This document shows, piece after piece, positions 48,120 to 57,892 of a stretch of DNA of 64,000 bases; positions within the stretch are counted from its first letter, which is position 1, and each line of letters begins with the position of its first letter. Source of the stretch: an uncultured Planctomycetota bacterium (GTDB taxonomy: Bacteria; Planctomycetota; Phycisphaerae; Tepidisphaerales; Tepidisphaeraceae); the NCBI GenBank assembly GCA_963841915.1, contig CAWJEN010000005.1, forward strand, positions 672,001 to 736,000, given 5' to 3'. The position numbers and the translations under genes are program-made. The notes beneath the pieces are model-generated. The model did not search any database. It had not been told where the DNA came from and worked only from the letters and a program-made list of their open reading frames with translations.

Positions 48120-49571
48120 TCAGACGTCGGGAGCGTCCACGCCTGACGCTGCCGCTTGCTGCTCGGGCCAGCGGTGGTTGCGACGCGGGATGAGCGCTCC
48201 GGTCTCCTTGCGATGAGTGTGCAGAAGCGAACGCAGCCGCTGAGTCGTTTCGGGTTCTTCGTCAGCCAGGTCACGTGTTTCGCTGACGTCGTCACGCAGG
48301 TTGAACAACGAGACACTGCCGGTGCCGCCATCGAAGTGCTCGATGAGTTTCCAGTCGCCTGCCCGTATCGAGCCGCTGGGGGTGTCGCCCTGGTTGCTGT
48401 AGTGCGGGTAGTGGAAGCAGATCGCTTGGCGGTCGGGCACGATGCCGTCGCTCAGGAGCGGCAACAGGTCGATTCCGTCGGCGTGCTGCTCGGGCATCGG
48501 CTCAAGACCGGCCGCGGCAAGGGCAGTGGGGTACCAGTCGCATGTGTAGCTCGGCACGTCGCACTCGCCGGGCTTGATGCGACCGGGCCAACTGGCGATC
48601 TGACAAACCCGCACGCCCCCTTCTCTGGTCCAGCCTTTGCCCTCGCTCATCGGGGCGTTGCAGGTCGGCGAACCCTCCGACGTCGCCAGGCCGCCGTTGT
48701 CGCTGAGGAAGACGATCAGCGTCTGCTCCGTCAGGTTCTCGGCTTCGAGCTTGTCGAGCAGCCGGCCGATGTTCGCATCAAGGTTCTCGATCATGGCCGC
48801 GTACGTCGGATCGCTCTGGACCGTCCGCCGCATCAGACGTTGGCCCTGCTTGCTGGCACTGGAGAACAGCTCACCTTCGATAGTCGCTGATTCCTGATCA
48901 AGCCCCATCGCCTTGGCCTTGGCCTGGTACTTTGACACGAGTTCGGCCGGTGCCCGGATCGGCGTATGAACCGCGTAGTGCCACAGGTTCAGGAAAAAGG
49001 GCTTGTTCTCTTCGCGACCCTCGATCAGTCGGATCGCTTCGTCGGTCAAGGCGTCGGTCAGGTACGTGCCGTCGGCGTACGACGCGTCGCTCAAGGTTGG
49101 GATGCCCCACGGGTTGAAGTAGCCTTGCTTGGGCCTGCCCCACCCGCAGCCGGCGATGTTGATGTCGAAGCCGTGTCGCTCTGGCCAGTGTGTTTGGTCG
49201 CCGAGGTGCCATTTGCCGACGTGCCACGTCTGGTACCCGCCGCGGCGCAAAGCTTCGGCGACGCTGACTTCCGTTTTTGGCAGGTGGTAGAAGTATGGAA
49301 CGTCGCAGAGTGCACCGTAATCGCGGCCGCCGATCCACTGCGTGATGCCGACGCGTGCAGGCACTTTGCCGGTCATGAGCGACGCCCGCGTCGGTGAGCA
49401 GACGGGCGAGGCTGCGTAGGCATCGGTGAATCTGAGGCCGCCAGCCGCCAGCTTGTCGAGGTTCGGCGTCTCGTAGAACGAGCTGCCGTAGCACCCAAGG
49501 TCGCAACAGCCCAAGTCGTCGATCAGGACGAAGACGATGTTCGGCTGCTTGGCGGCACGTCGCGTGGTCAT
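48120..49571 (-). CDS. Sulfatase (S1 family, no evident signal peptide)
   Basis: PNIVFVLIDDLG, CSPTRASLMTG, GKWHLG, SDNGG, EGGVRV. Confidence 0.93.
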   Translation of the reverse strand: MTTRRAAKQPNIVFVLIDDLGCCDLGCYGSSFYETPNLDKLAAGGLRFTDAYAASPVCSPTRASLMTGKVPARVGITQWIGGRDYGALCDVPYFYHLPKTEVSVAEALRRGGYQTWHVGKWHLGDQTHWPERHGFDINIAGCGWGRPKQGYFNPWGIPTLSDASYADGTYLTDALTDEAIRLIEGREENKPFFLNLWHYAVHTPIRAPAELVSKYQAKAKAMGLDQESATIEGELFSSASKQGQRLMRRTVQSDPTYAAMIENLDANIGRLLDKLEAENLTEQTLIVFLSDNGGLATSEGSPTCNAPMSEGKGWTREGGVRVCQIASWPGRIKPGECDVPSYTCDWYPTALAAAGLEPMPEQHADGIDLLPLLSDGIVPDRQAICFHYPHYSNQGDTPSGSIRAGDWKLIEHFDGGTGSVSLFNLRDDVSETRDLADEEPETTQRLRSLLHTHRKETGALIPRRNHRWPEQQAAASGVDAPDV

Positions 49572-49709
49572 GGCTGGACGTGGCAAAGTTTCGTTTGTCC
49601 GCCGACTGTCGGCGAAACGGCATGTCACGCCTGCAGTTTCACCGTTGCCCGTGGCAGGCGTCGGCCCGACCTTAGACACGTGCTAGAAGCTCCATCACCC
49701 CTGAAAACG

Positions 49710-50792
49710 ATGACCTCTGGCCGCTCGTCGACGGCCATCATCCTGACGGCTGCCTTCGTCGCGGCAATGGTGTTTCTCACATGGCACCTCAAATGGGCCA
49801 TCGGTATCACATTCACCGCAGCGCTGGTGGGCGTGTTCCTGTACACCGGTGGCAAGCTGCTGACGAAAGTCGTCGGGGGAAACGGCACACGCGGGCTGGC
49901 GCTCTTTTGCCTCATCCTGGTGGCACTGGTCGCCGGCTTTGCCGCGATCGCCTTGCCGTCACTCATCAGCGAAGGCGACGAGTTGGTCGATCGTGGACCA
50001 CAGATTCTCGAGCAGTCCCGGCAATGGCTCGGCCAGCGGACGTGGGGCCAGTGGGCGATCGGACAGTTCGGCCTCGAACGCTCACCGGCCGAGGCCCTAT
50101 CGGGCGACGCCACCCGCCAGGCCATCACCGGCCAGGCGATGTCGACGATGGGCCTTGGCTCGTCGGTGTTAATCTACGGCGTCTTCCTCGCCTTCACCGG
50201 GCTGTACCTCGCGATCGACCCGGCGCTCTACCGCCGCGGCGTCTTGTGGCTGCTGCCAAAGCAGCATCGCGAGTCTGCCGATGATGCGCTGATCGAAGTC
50301 GGCGAGACGCTGGAGCGCTGGCTTTACGCGCGTCTGCTGTCGATGGCCGTCGTCGGTGTAGCCAGCGGGCTTGGCTTATGGGCATTGGGCGTGCCCCTGC
50401 CGTTCATTTGTGCGGTGATCGCGTTCGTGCTGTGCTTCGTCCCCAACTTTGGGCCGATCCTGAGCGTCTTACCGCCGATTCTGCTGGCACTGACGGCCAC
50501 GAGCGACGACGCGACCTTCGTTGCTGCCGGTGTTCCGCTGGCCGGCGCGGTCGCCGTGTTGTACCTGTTGATCCAGGTCCTGGAGAGTTACGTCTTAACG
50601 CCGATCATCCAGCAGAAAGCCGTCGACCTGCCACCGGCGTTGTTGATCGTGGCGCAGCTCGTGATGGGCCTGCTGCTGGGCATCATCGGCGTCATCATCG
50701 CCGCCCCGCTTGTCGCTGCCATCATGACGGCGTCGAAGGAACTCTGGATCGAAGGCGACGTCGATAACGAAGACCCGAAGGAGACGGCCTGA
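49710..50792 (+). CDS. AI-2E family transporter
   Basis: FVPNFGP, Q.LESY.LTP.IQ, LPPA, G..G...A.PL. Confidence 0.85.
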   Translation: MTSGRSSTAIILTAAFVAAMVFLTWHLKWAIGITFTAALVGVFLYTGGKLLTKVVGGNGTRGLALFCLILVALVAGFAAIALPSLISEGDELVDRGPQILEQSRQWLGQRTWGQWAIGQFGLERSPAEALSGDATRQAITGQAMSTMGLGSSVLIYGVFLAFTGLYLAIDPALYRRGVLWLLPKQHRESADDALIEVGETLERWLYARLLSMAVVGVASGLGLWALGVPLPFICAVIAFVLCFVPNFGPILSVLPPILLALTATSDDATFVAAGVPLAGAVAVLYLLIQVLESYVLTPIIQQKAVDLPPALLIVAQLVMGLLLGIIGVIIAAPLVAAIMTASKELWIEGDVDNEDPKETA

Positions 50793-50856
50793 CCGGCCCC
50801 GCCACGTGGTGCGATCACGTGCCTGAGGCGCTGGAGGCTGCGCTACCGTGCTCGCC

Positions 50857-51654
50857 TTGACGCTGCCGTCGTTCATCATCGTGCCGCCTGGCGTTGAACC
50901 GTGGTGGTACGTCACGGCCCTGTTGCTGGCGGCAGTCATTCAGGGCATGGCCAAGAGCGGCTTCGGCGGCGGGATCGGCATCCTGGCCGTGCCGCTGGTG
51001 GCCAACGTGTTGCCGCCCGATCAGGCGATCGGCGTGCTGCTGCCGATGCTCATCGTCGGCGACATCGTCGCCAGTGTCATGCACCGCAGGAACGTCGACT
51101 GGCCGACACTTCGCCCCGTGCTCGGCGGCAGCGTCTTGGGCATCATCGTCGGCACGATCGTGCTCTACCTGCTGGGCACGGCCGACAAGCTGACGTTCGC
51201 CCTCAACCTGCTCGTAGGCGGCATCTGCCTGCTCATGGTGGCGGTGCAGGCGTGGCGGTTGACGGGTCGCCACCTGCCGCGCGTGCGACCGACGACGCGT
51301 AACGGCCTCGGCGTCGGATCGGCCGTCGGCGTCGCCAGCACGCTCGCCCACTCTGCCGGGCCCGTCGCGGCGATTTACTTCCTCGAAATCAAGCTCGACA
51401 AGGCCCGCCTCGTGGCGACGGCCGCGTGGCTGTTCTTCCTGGTCAACATGCTGAAATTGCCGACGTACTTTGGCCTCGGCCTGATCAATCCGGCCACGCT
51501 GCTCCAGAGTCTGTGGGCGGTTGCGGGCATTCCGATCGGGTCGGTGCTGGGCTTGTGGATGCACCGTCGAATCCCCGAGAAGCCTTTCACGATTGTCATC
51601 TACGTCGCCGCGGCATTGGCGGCGGCACGGATGATTTGGAAGGCGTTCGTCTGA
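50857..51654 (+). CDS. TauE/SafE family exporter
   Basis: G.AKSGFGGG, LLPMLIVGD, HSAGP, N..K.P.Y; TTG start 7 nt after TACCGT. Confidence 0.85.
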   Translation: MTLPSFIIVPPGVEPWWYVTALLLAAVIQGMAKSGFGGGIGILAVPLVANVLPPDQAIGVLLPMLIVGDIVASVMHRRNVDWPTLRPVLGGSVLGIIVGTIVLYLLGTADKLTFALNLLVGGICLLMVAVQAWRLTGRHLPRVRPTTRNGLGVGSAVGVASTLAHSAGPVAAIYFLEIKLDKARLVATAAWLFFLVNMLKLPTYFGLGLINPATLLQSLWAVAGIPIGSVLGLWMHRRIPEKPFTIVIYVAAALAAARMIWKAFV

Positions 51655-51718
51655 GGAGCCGTGGCGGGTTGATTCCGCACCTTCCGTGTGTCGACGACGG
51701 CCGAATATAGTCGCGATC

Positions 51719-52813
51719 ATGCCCACCACACAGCTCGATCACTATCGCCTTCTCGGCCGTTCGGGCCTTCGCGTCAGCCCGTTGTGCCTCGGCACGATGA
51801 CGTTCGGCGAAGACTGGCAGACCGGGGCCAATGAAGAAGATTCCCGCGCGATCTTCAACGACTACATCGACAAGGGCGGCAACTTCATCGACACCGCCGA
51901 CCTCTACACCAACGGCACAAGCGAGCAATACGTCGGCAAGTTCGCCAAAGAAGTCGGCCGCGATCGGCTCGTCATCGCTACCAAGTTCACCTTCAACGCC
52001 GGGGCGCTCGGCGACGCGTACAAGCTCAAAACGCGGCCCGATCCCAACGCGGGCGGCAACGCGCGCAAACACATGCGCAACGCTGTCGAAGACTCGCTCA
52101 AGCGGCTCGGCACCGACTACATCGACCTCTACTGGGTCCACGCCTTCGACGGCAGAACGCCCGTCGAAGAGACGATGCGGGCGCTGGACGATCTCGTCAA
52201 GCAAGGCAAAATCCTGTACGTCGGTGTCAGCGATTACCCGGCGTGGAAAGTCGCCGAGGCCAACACGCTTGCGTTGCTTCGCGGCTGGACGCCGTTTGTG
52301 GCATTGCAGGTGGAATACTCGCTCGTCGAGCGGACGACGGAGCGAGACCTGATTCCGATGGCAAGAGATTTCGGGCTGGGCGTGACACCGTGGTCGCCGC
52401 TGGGTCAGGGCGTGCTCACCGGCAAGTTCCTCGACGGCGGCAAGGATGAAGGCTCGCGGCTGGACAAGAACAAGGACCGGATGGGCGGCAAGTACCGCAA
52501 CGACGCCGCCGACAAAGCCGCGCGGGCAGTTGTTGCCGTGGCCGAGGCCAAGGGCGTTTCGCCCAGCCGCGTCGCGTTGGCGTGGCTGCTGCATCAGCCG
52601 GGCGTGACGTCACCCATCATCGGAGCCCGCAAGACCAGTCACCTCGACGACAACATCGAGGCTGTCAGCGTCGACTTGAGCCAGAGCGACCTCAAGCAGC
52701 TCGACGAAGCGACGACGCTGGAGCTGGGATTCCCGCACGACTTCCTGACCGAAGTCGACCCCATGATCCGTGGCCAGGCGACCATTGACGCTCCCCACGG
52801 GCGACTGGTCTGA
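51719..52813 (+). CDS. Aldo/keto reductase
   Basis: LGRSGLRVSPLCLGTM, FIDTAD.Y, SLKRLGTDYIDLY, WSPL, IIGAR. Confidence 0.93.
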   Translation: MPTTQLDHYRLLGRSGLRVSPLCLGTMTFGEDWQTGANEEDSRAIFNDYIDKGGNFIDTADLYTNGTSEQYVGKFAKEVGRDRLVIATKFTFNAGALGDAYKLKTRPDPNAGGNARKHMRNAVEDSLKRLGTDYIDLYWVHAFDGRTPVEETMRALDDLVKQGKILYVGVSDYPAWKVAEANTLALLRGWTPFVALQVEYSLVERTTERDLIPMARDFGLGVTPWSPLGQGVLTGKFLDGGKDEGSRLDKNKDRMGGKYRNDAADKAARAVVAVAEAKGVSPSRVALAWLLHQPGVTSPIIGARKTSHLDDNIEAVSVDLSQSDLKQLDEATTLELGFPHDFLTEVDPMIRGQATIDAPHGRLV

Positions 52814-52817
52814 GAAG

Positions 52818-52963
52818 CAGGTGGCGAAGCAGAGGACGCAAAAGCTCGAAGTCGCAAAGACTGACGCAAAGACGCGATGAGACGTTGGCTTCTGCCTCTG
52901 GGCTTTCGTTTTGCCTTTGCGTCCGTCTTTGCGACTTTGCGTCTTTGCGTTCTCCGGCACCTG
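52818..52963. repeat. REP/MITE-like inverted repeat built from (A/T)CGCAAAG octamers
   Basis: Arms 52832-52871 and 52915-52954; outer CAGGTG/CACCTG pair. Confidence 0.75.
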
Positions 52964-52967
52964 TTGA

Positions 52968-54710
52968 TCAGGCGGTCTGTTTCGTTCGTTTCAGGTCCAG
53001 CCACAGGTAGCCCGACGCGATCAGCCAGATGACACCGACGCCGGCGAGCTGCGTCCACTGGTGGAGCACCACGAGCATCGGCAGCAGGAACATCGTTACC
53101 TGCCAGACCAACGCCACCGCCAACCGCAGCACGTCGGCCCTGGCTTCACGCCGATCGCCTGCGCTTTGCCAATCCCGCGGCCACAAGCCCCAGGGCTTGA
53201 TCTGATCGTAAAACGATCGCAGTGTCTCGGCAGGCACGGGCGACGTTGCCAGTGTCACCGCAACGCTGGTCGCACCGCTGACCAGCAGCAGCACCGCGAT
53301 CTCGCTGACGTCTTTGACGGATGGGTCGACGACCAGCCAGCCGTTGAGGTTGTTGAGCCAGATCAGCAGCGACGTGACGAACCCGCCCGCCACGCCGGCG
53401 GCGAAGCCGTAGCCGTTGAACCGCGACCAGAACCACCGCAACGCGAACGGCACGAGGAAGCCCGGGAAGAACGCGACGACGATACCGATCCAGATGTCGA
53501 CCACGCCCGTCCCTCGGGCCAGGAGCGACAACGTGATGGCAAGCCCGATCATGACAATCAACGCGCTGGCGGCGTAGCCGACGTAGACCTCCGTTTTGCC
53601 GCCCGTCCGCCCGGTCAGCGGGTTCCACAGGTCCTTGACCACATAGCTCGCCCCGGCATTGATGGTCGAGTCGAAGGTGCTCATGCTCGCCGCCAGCAAC
53701 GCTGCAACAGCCAGGCCGCGGATACCGGCAGGAAAGAGATCGTCGCTGAGCAAGAGGCCGCTCAGGATGTTCTCGGGGTCGTCCTGGCCGATGCCGTTGT
53801 GGATAGCCAGGACCGCAAAGCCGATGACCATCGGCCAGCGAAAGGTAAAGAGCACGGCCCACAACATCGAGAGCTTCACAGTGTCTTGATCGCTCGACGC
53901 CGCGTAGTAGCGTTGGGCCATGTACGCGCTACCGCCCGACCCGCCGAGGCCTTCGAGCACCCCTTTGGCGGCAAAGAAGAGCAGCGCCAGCCAGAACAAA
54001 CTGCCCCAGTCGCTTCCCTCCAAACTTAGTTGCGGCCAGGCGGTGTTCGTCGCCGCACCGGGCCACATGTCGGGCGTGATCTCGGGCACCACGTTGAAGG
54101 CGGCGACGCTGACGTAAATGGCCGCCACGCCGATGAGAAACGCCTGGAACACGTCGGTCCAGATGACGCCGTACAGGCCGCTCGCCATCGTGTAGGCCAG
54201 AGCGATGAACGCGAGCACGACGGCCGCCGTTGTCGGTGAGACATCTTCGACGAACTGCGTGGTGAACCTGGCCGCGGCCGTCAGGAAGAAGGTGACCATG
54301 AGCATCGTGATCACGAGATACGTCGCTGCCGCGGTGTAGCGGGCGAGTCGTCCCGGCCGCCCGCTGCCGAAGCGAAGCTCCATCCACTGGGCCGTCGTCG
54401 TGACCAGGCTTCGGCGGTGCCACTTGCCCATGAAGGCGAGCCACACCGCGATCGGCAGCACAACGCCGCCGCGCATTTCGATGAAAAAGCCCTGCAGTCC
54501 GTAGCTGTAGATGAGCGCGATAATGGTCATCGTCCCGGCGACGTCGAGGTTGCTCGACATGCCGCTTGCTCCCAGCGCCCACCAGGGCGTCTTGCGCCCG
54601 GCAAGGAAGTAGTCATCGCCACTGCGACCGGCCCGCCGGGCCAGCATGGCGCCGATAATGACTAGAGCCAACAAGTAGCCAGCAATGACAAAGTAATCGA
54701 GCGGCTGCAT
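52968..54710 (-). CDS. Sodium:solute symporter family protein
   Basis: DYFLAGRK.PWW, GLYGVIWTD.FQ, AQRY, AASMSTFDS.IN. Confidence 0.9.
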   Translation of the reverse strand: MQPLDYFVIAGYLLALVIIGAMLARRAGRSGDDYFLAGRKTPWWALGASGMSSNLDVAGTMTIIALIYSYGLQGFFIEMRGGVVLPIAVWLAFMGKWHRRSLVTTTAQWMELRFGSGRPGRLARYTAAATYLVITMLMVTFFLTAAARFTTQFVEDVSPTTAAVVLAFIALAYTMASGLYGVIWTDVFQAFLIGVAAIYVSVAAFNVVPEITPDMWPGAATNTAWPQLSLEGSDWGSLFWLALLFFAAKGVLEGLGGSGGSAYMAQRYYAASSDQDTVKLSMLWAVLFTFRWPMVIGFAVLAIHNGIGQDDPENILSGLLLSDDLFPAGIRGLAVAALLAASMSTFDSTINAGASYVVKDLWNPLTGRTGGKTEVYVGYAASALIVMIGLAITLSLLARGTGVVDIWIGIVVAFFPGFLVPFALRWFWSRFNGYGFAAGVAGGFVTSLLIWLNNLNGWLVVDPSVKDVSEIAVLLLVSGATSVAVTLATSPVPAETLRSFYDQIKPWGLWPRDWQSAGDRREARADVLRLAVALVWQVTMFLLPMLVVLHQWTQLAGVGVIWLIASGYLWLDLKRTKQTA

Positions 54711-54835
54711 GAGGCGGGACACCCTAACGCAAATTGCCGGTGGCTGCAGGAAAAGCCGCTTGTGCGGGTCAGGCGGCGGGTTCCATACACGCATGCGAGT
54801 CCGAGCTAAAGGCGCATGTCATATGGATCGATGTC

Positions 54836-57780
54836 GTGCAAGTGTCACGTCGCTCCACTTTGTTGATCACACTCCTGATCGTGGCGGCCCTGGTGCCCTT
54901 GGCCTCGGCCAGTCTGTGGACTCGCGCCGTTGAGACCTCTGCCTTGTCAGGAAACTGGTGCGGCCCGGCCGGCTCGACAGCCCCGTTGGCCATGGGCGTA
55001 CCTTCGGGTTCTAGTGGTGGCGCAGGTGGCGGCTTGTCGTTCTTCACGAACGACGGCAACTACATGTCGCGCATCCACTGCCTCAGCACCGAGGCCGGTA
55101 CGCCCGACTGGCCGTGGATCATCGGGTTGATCGCCCTCAATCTCATCATCATCACGGGCTACCTGAAGATCTTCTTCTTCTGGAGGCGGTCGTACCTCGC
55201 CGAAGCGCCGGCCGACCGCAACGGCAAGATGATGGATTTGGCCTACATCTTCCTGTGGTGCGCCGTCTGCGGCTACGGCATGGCGACGGTGATCTTCTTC
55301 TGGCCCGCCTACCGCTTGCTGGCAATCTTCCTGGCGGTGCTGGCGTTCTTCACGTGGCGGTTCGTGCTCAATCTCGGTGAGCTCGGCGTCTCGCTCGCTG
55401 CCGTCCGGCTCAAGCGACTCTCGCTCGTCGCAGACAAGACCAACAACGCAGTCATTATCACCGACCCGCAAGGCAGGATCGACTGGGTCAACGCTGCCTT
55501 GTGCCGGCAGTCGGGCTACTCGAGCCAGGAGCTGGTCGGACAGTTTCCGACCGACATCTTCAGCGGCCCGGCGTCGGACCACGAGCTTTATGCCAAGATC
55601 CACCGCCACATCGAAAAGGGCGAACGCTTCATCTGCGAGCTGCTGACATACAATAAAGACCGCTCGTCCCGCTGGATTCATATTGAGGCCGAACCGCTGC
55701 ACAGCGACGAAGGCAAGCTGACCGGCTACGTCTCGGTCGAGACCGACATCACGATTCAGAAGACGGCGCAGTTCGAGATGATGCAGGCCAAGGAGCGGGC
55801 CGAAGCCGCCCAGACGCTTGCAGAGCAGGCACAACAAGACGCCGAAGCGGCCATGGAAGAAGCCGAGGCCGCCAGTCGCGCTAAGAGCGACTTCCTGGCG
55901 TCAATGAGCCACGAACTCCGCACGCCGCTCAACGGCGTCATCGGGATGACCGAGCTGCTCCGCAATACCGAGCTCAACGCCCGGCAGGCCCGCTTCGTCG
56001 ACGCCTGCCACGCCAGCGGTCGGTCGTTGTTGGCGCTCATCAACGACGTGCTGGACCTGTCGAAGATCGAGGCCGGTAAACTCGAGCTCGATCCTCGCCC
56101 GTTCCCGCTCCGCCAATGCGTCGACGACACCGTCGCCATGCTCGCCGGCCGTGCACACGAGTCCGGGCTCGAGCTTGTCTACCAGTTCGACGATAACCTC
56201 GGCCGCAAGACCGTGGTCGCCGACGACACGCGGTTGCGGCAGGTGCTCGTCAACCTCGTCGGCAACGCGGTCAAATTCACCGACAACGGACACGTCCGGC
56301 TGGCCGTTTCGGCCGGTGCGGGTGACGCGGTCCGATTCGACATCACCGACACCGGTCCCGGCATCTCTGACGAAGGCGTCGCTCGACTCTTCAAGGCCTT
56401 CAGTCAGGCCGACTGCTCCACCACGCGCAACTACGGCGGCACGGGCCTTGGCCTGTCGATCTGCAAGAGCATCGTCGAAGCCATGGGCGGCAGCATCGGC
56501 GTCGAGAGCCAGCTCGGTGACGGCTCGACCTTCTGGTTCGAAATCCCGCTGCCTCCCAGCGACGACGCCACCCCGGCAGACGTCATTCCGCCCTCGATGA
56601 TTCGTGGCATGCGGGCGTGGCTCATCGGAGACAACTTTGCAGAGCGGAACGTTCTGCAAAACATGCTCGAGGCGTGGGAGATCGAGGTGACCGTCAGCGA
56701 CGTTCGCCACGCGACGCAGGCTGCCGACGACGAGGCGTTCGATCTGCTCATCATCGACGTGCCCGTCGCCGCCCCCGAGTCGGCAAACCGGCTGGCCAAT
56801 GCCGCCGACAAATTCGCCGACAAGTCGCTCTTGCTCCTGCCGGTCGGCGGCGCTGGGACGACTTCCCGGACACGCCCGACCGTCGCAGCATTCGCAAGCC
56901 CCCGAGCCCGTCGGAACTGCTCAACGCGATCAGCGACCTTGTCTGTGGCACGAACATCACCGCCGCCATCGACCATGTCGCCGCGGCAGGTCCGGCCATC
57001 ATCGGTCGTGTTCTCCTGGCAGAGGACCACCCGACGAACCAGATGTACGCCGGTGAGTTGCTCAAGCGGATGGGCCTTGAGGTGACATTCGCCGAGAACG
57101 GTCGCATTGCCGTTGACGCGGTCATCGAAGCCGACGCCGCCGGGACGCCGTTCGACCTGGTGCTGATGGACTGCCAGATGCCCGAGCTCGACGGCTTCGA
57201 CGCGACGCGTCAGATCCGCAGGAACGGCTTCACCGGCCCGATCGTCGCCCTCACCGCCAATGCGATCAAGGGTGACCGCGAGCGTTGTCTCGACGCCGGC
57301 ATGGACGACTACATCACCAAGCCGGTCGAGCCGTCGGAGCTGAGCCGCATCGTGGCTCAGACGGTGAAGCAGGTCGACGCGACCGACGCCGCCGACGAGC
57401 CGCAGGTGACCGCAAAGCCGGTAAGCGTTGATCCGCTGAACCTTGTCGAAACGCTGGAGCGTTGCCTGAACGACGCCGGCTTCCTGGCACAGGCGCTTGC
57501 GAACTTCGTGACGCAGACACCCAAGTACGTTGCTGCCGTCGTGGCCGCGGCCGAGGCCGGTGACGGCGAAGCGACCGGCAATGCAGCCCACTCGATCAAG
57601 GGCTCAGCCGGCATCGTCTCCGCCGCTGATCTGCTGGCGACGGCGACCGAGATCGAGGTGCTGTGTCGCACGGACCGTTTCGCCGAGACGGGTGATCTCA
57701 TCGAGCAGCTGAAGGTCAAAGCCGACGAGGCCGTCACATTCGCCGCCGAGGCCAATGCGAGTCAGGTCACTGCGGCATGA
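54836..57780 (+). pseudogene. Hybrid sensor histidine kinase (TM sensor-PAS-HisKA-HATPase-REC-REC-Hpt) split by a frameshift near 56857
   Basis: SHELRTPLNG, NLVGNAVKFT, GGTGLGL in one frame; RKP, LAED, LMDCQMP, AHSIKG in the next; one extra G at GGG 56855-56857 would join them; start approximate. Confidence 0.82.
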
Positions 57781-57812
57781 GGTCGGACTGCGACAGCGCC
57801 GAGCGACAACGT

Positions 57813-57863
57813 GCGGGTTCTCAAAACAGGCGGGTTCTCAGATCAAGCGGGTGACTCTACGGT
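57813..57863 (+). promoter_or_regulatory. Three direct repeats (17-bp period) abutting a -10 box
   Basis: GCGGGTTCTCA at 57813 and 57830, GCGGGT at 57847; TACGGT at 57858. Confidence 0.5.
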
Positions 57864-57892
57864 GTTGCTCTACCTGTTCGGGAGCTCACCAC

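Noticed and set aside
52818..52963. CRISPR array
   Set aside because: Units are 8 bp, inverted, without unique spacers; no cas genes in the window.
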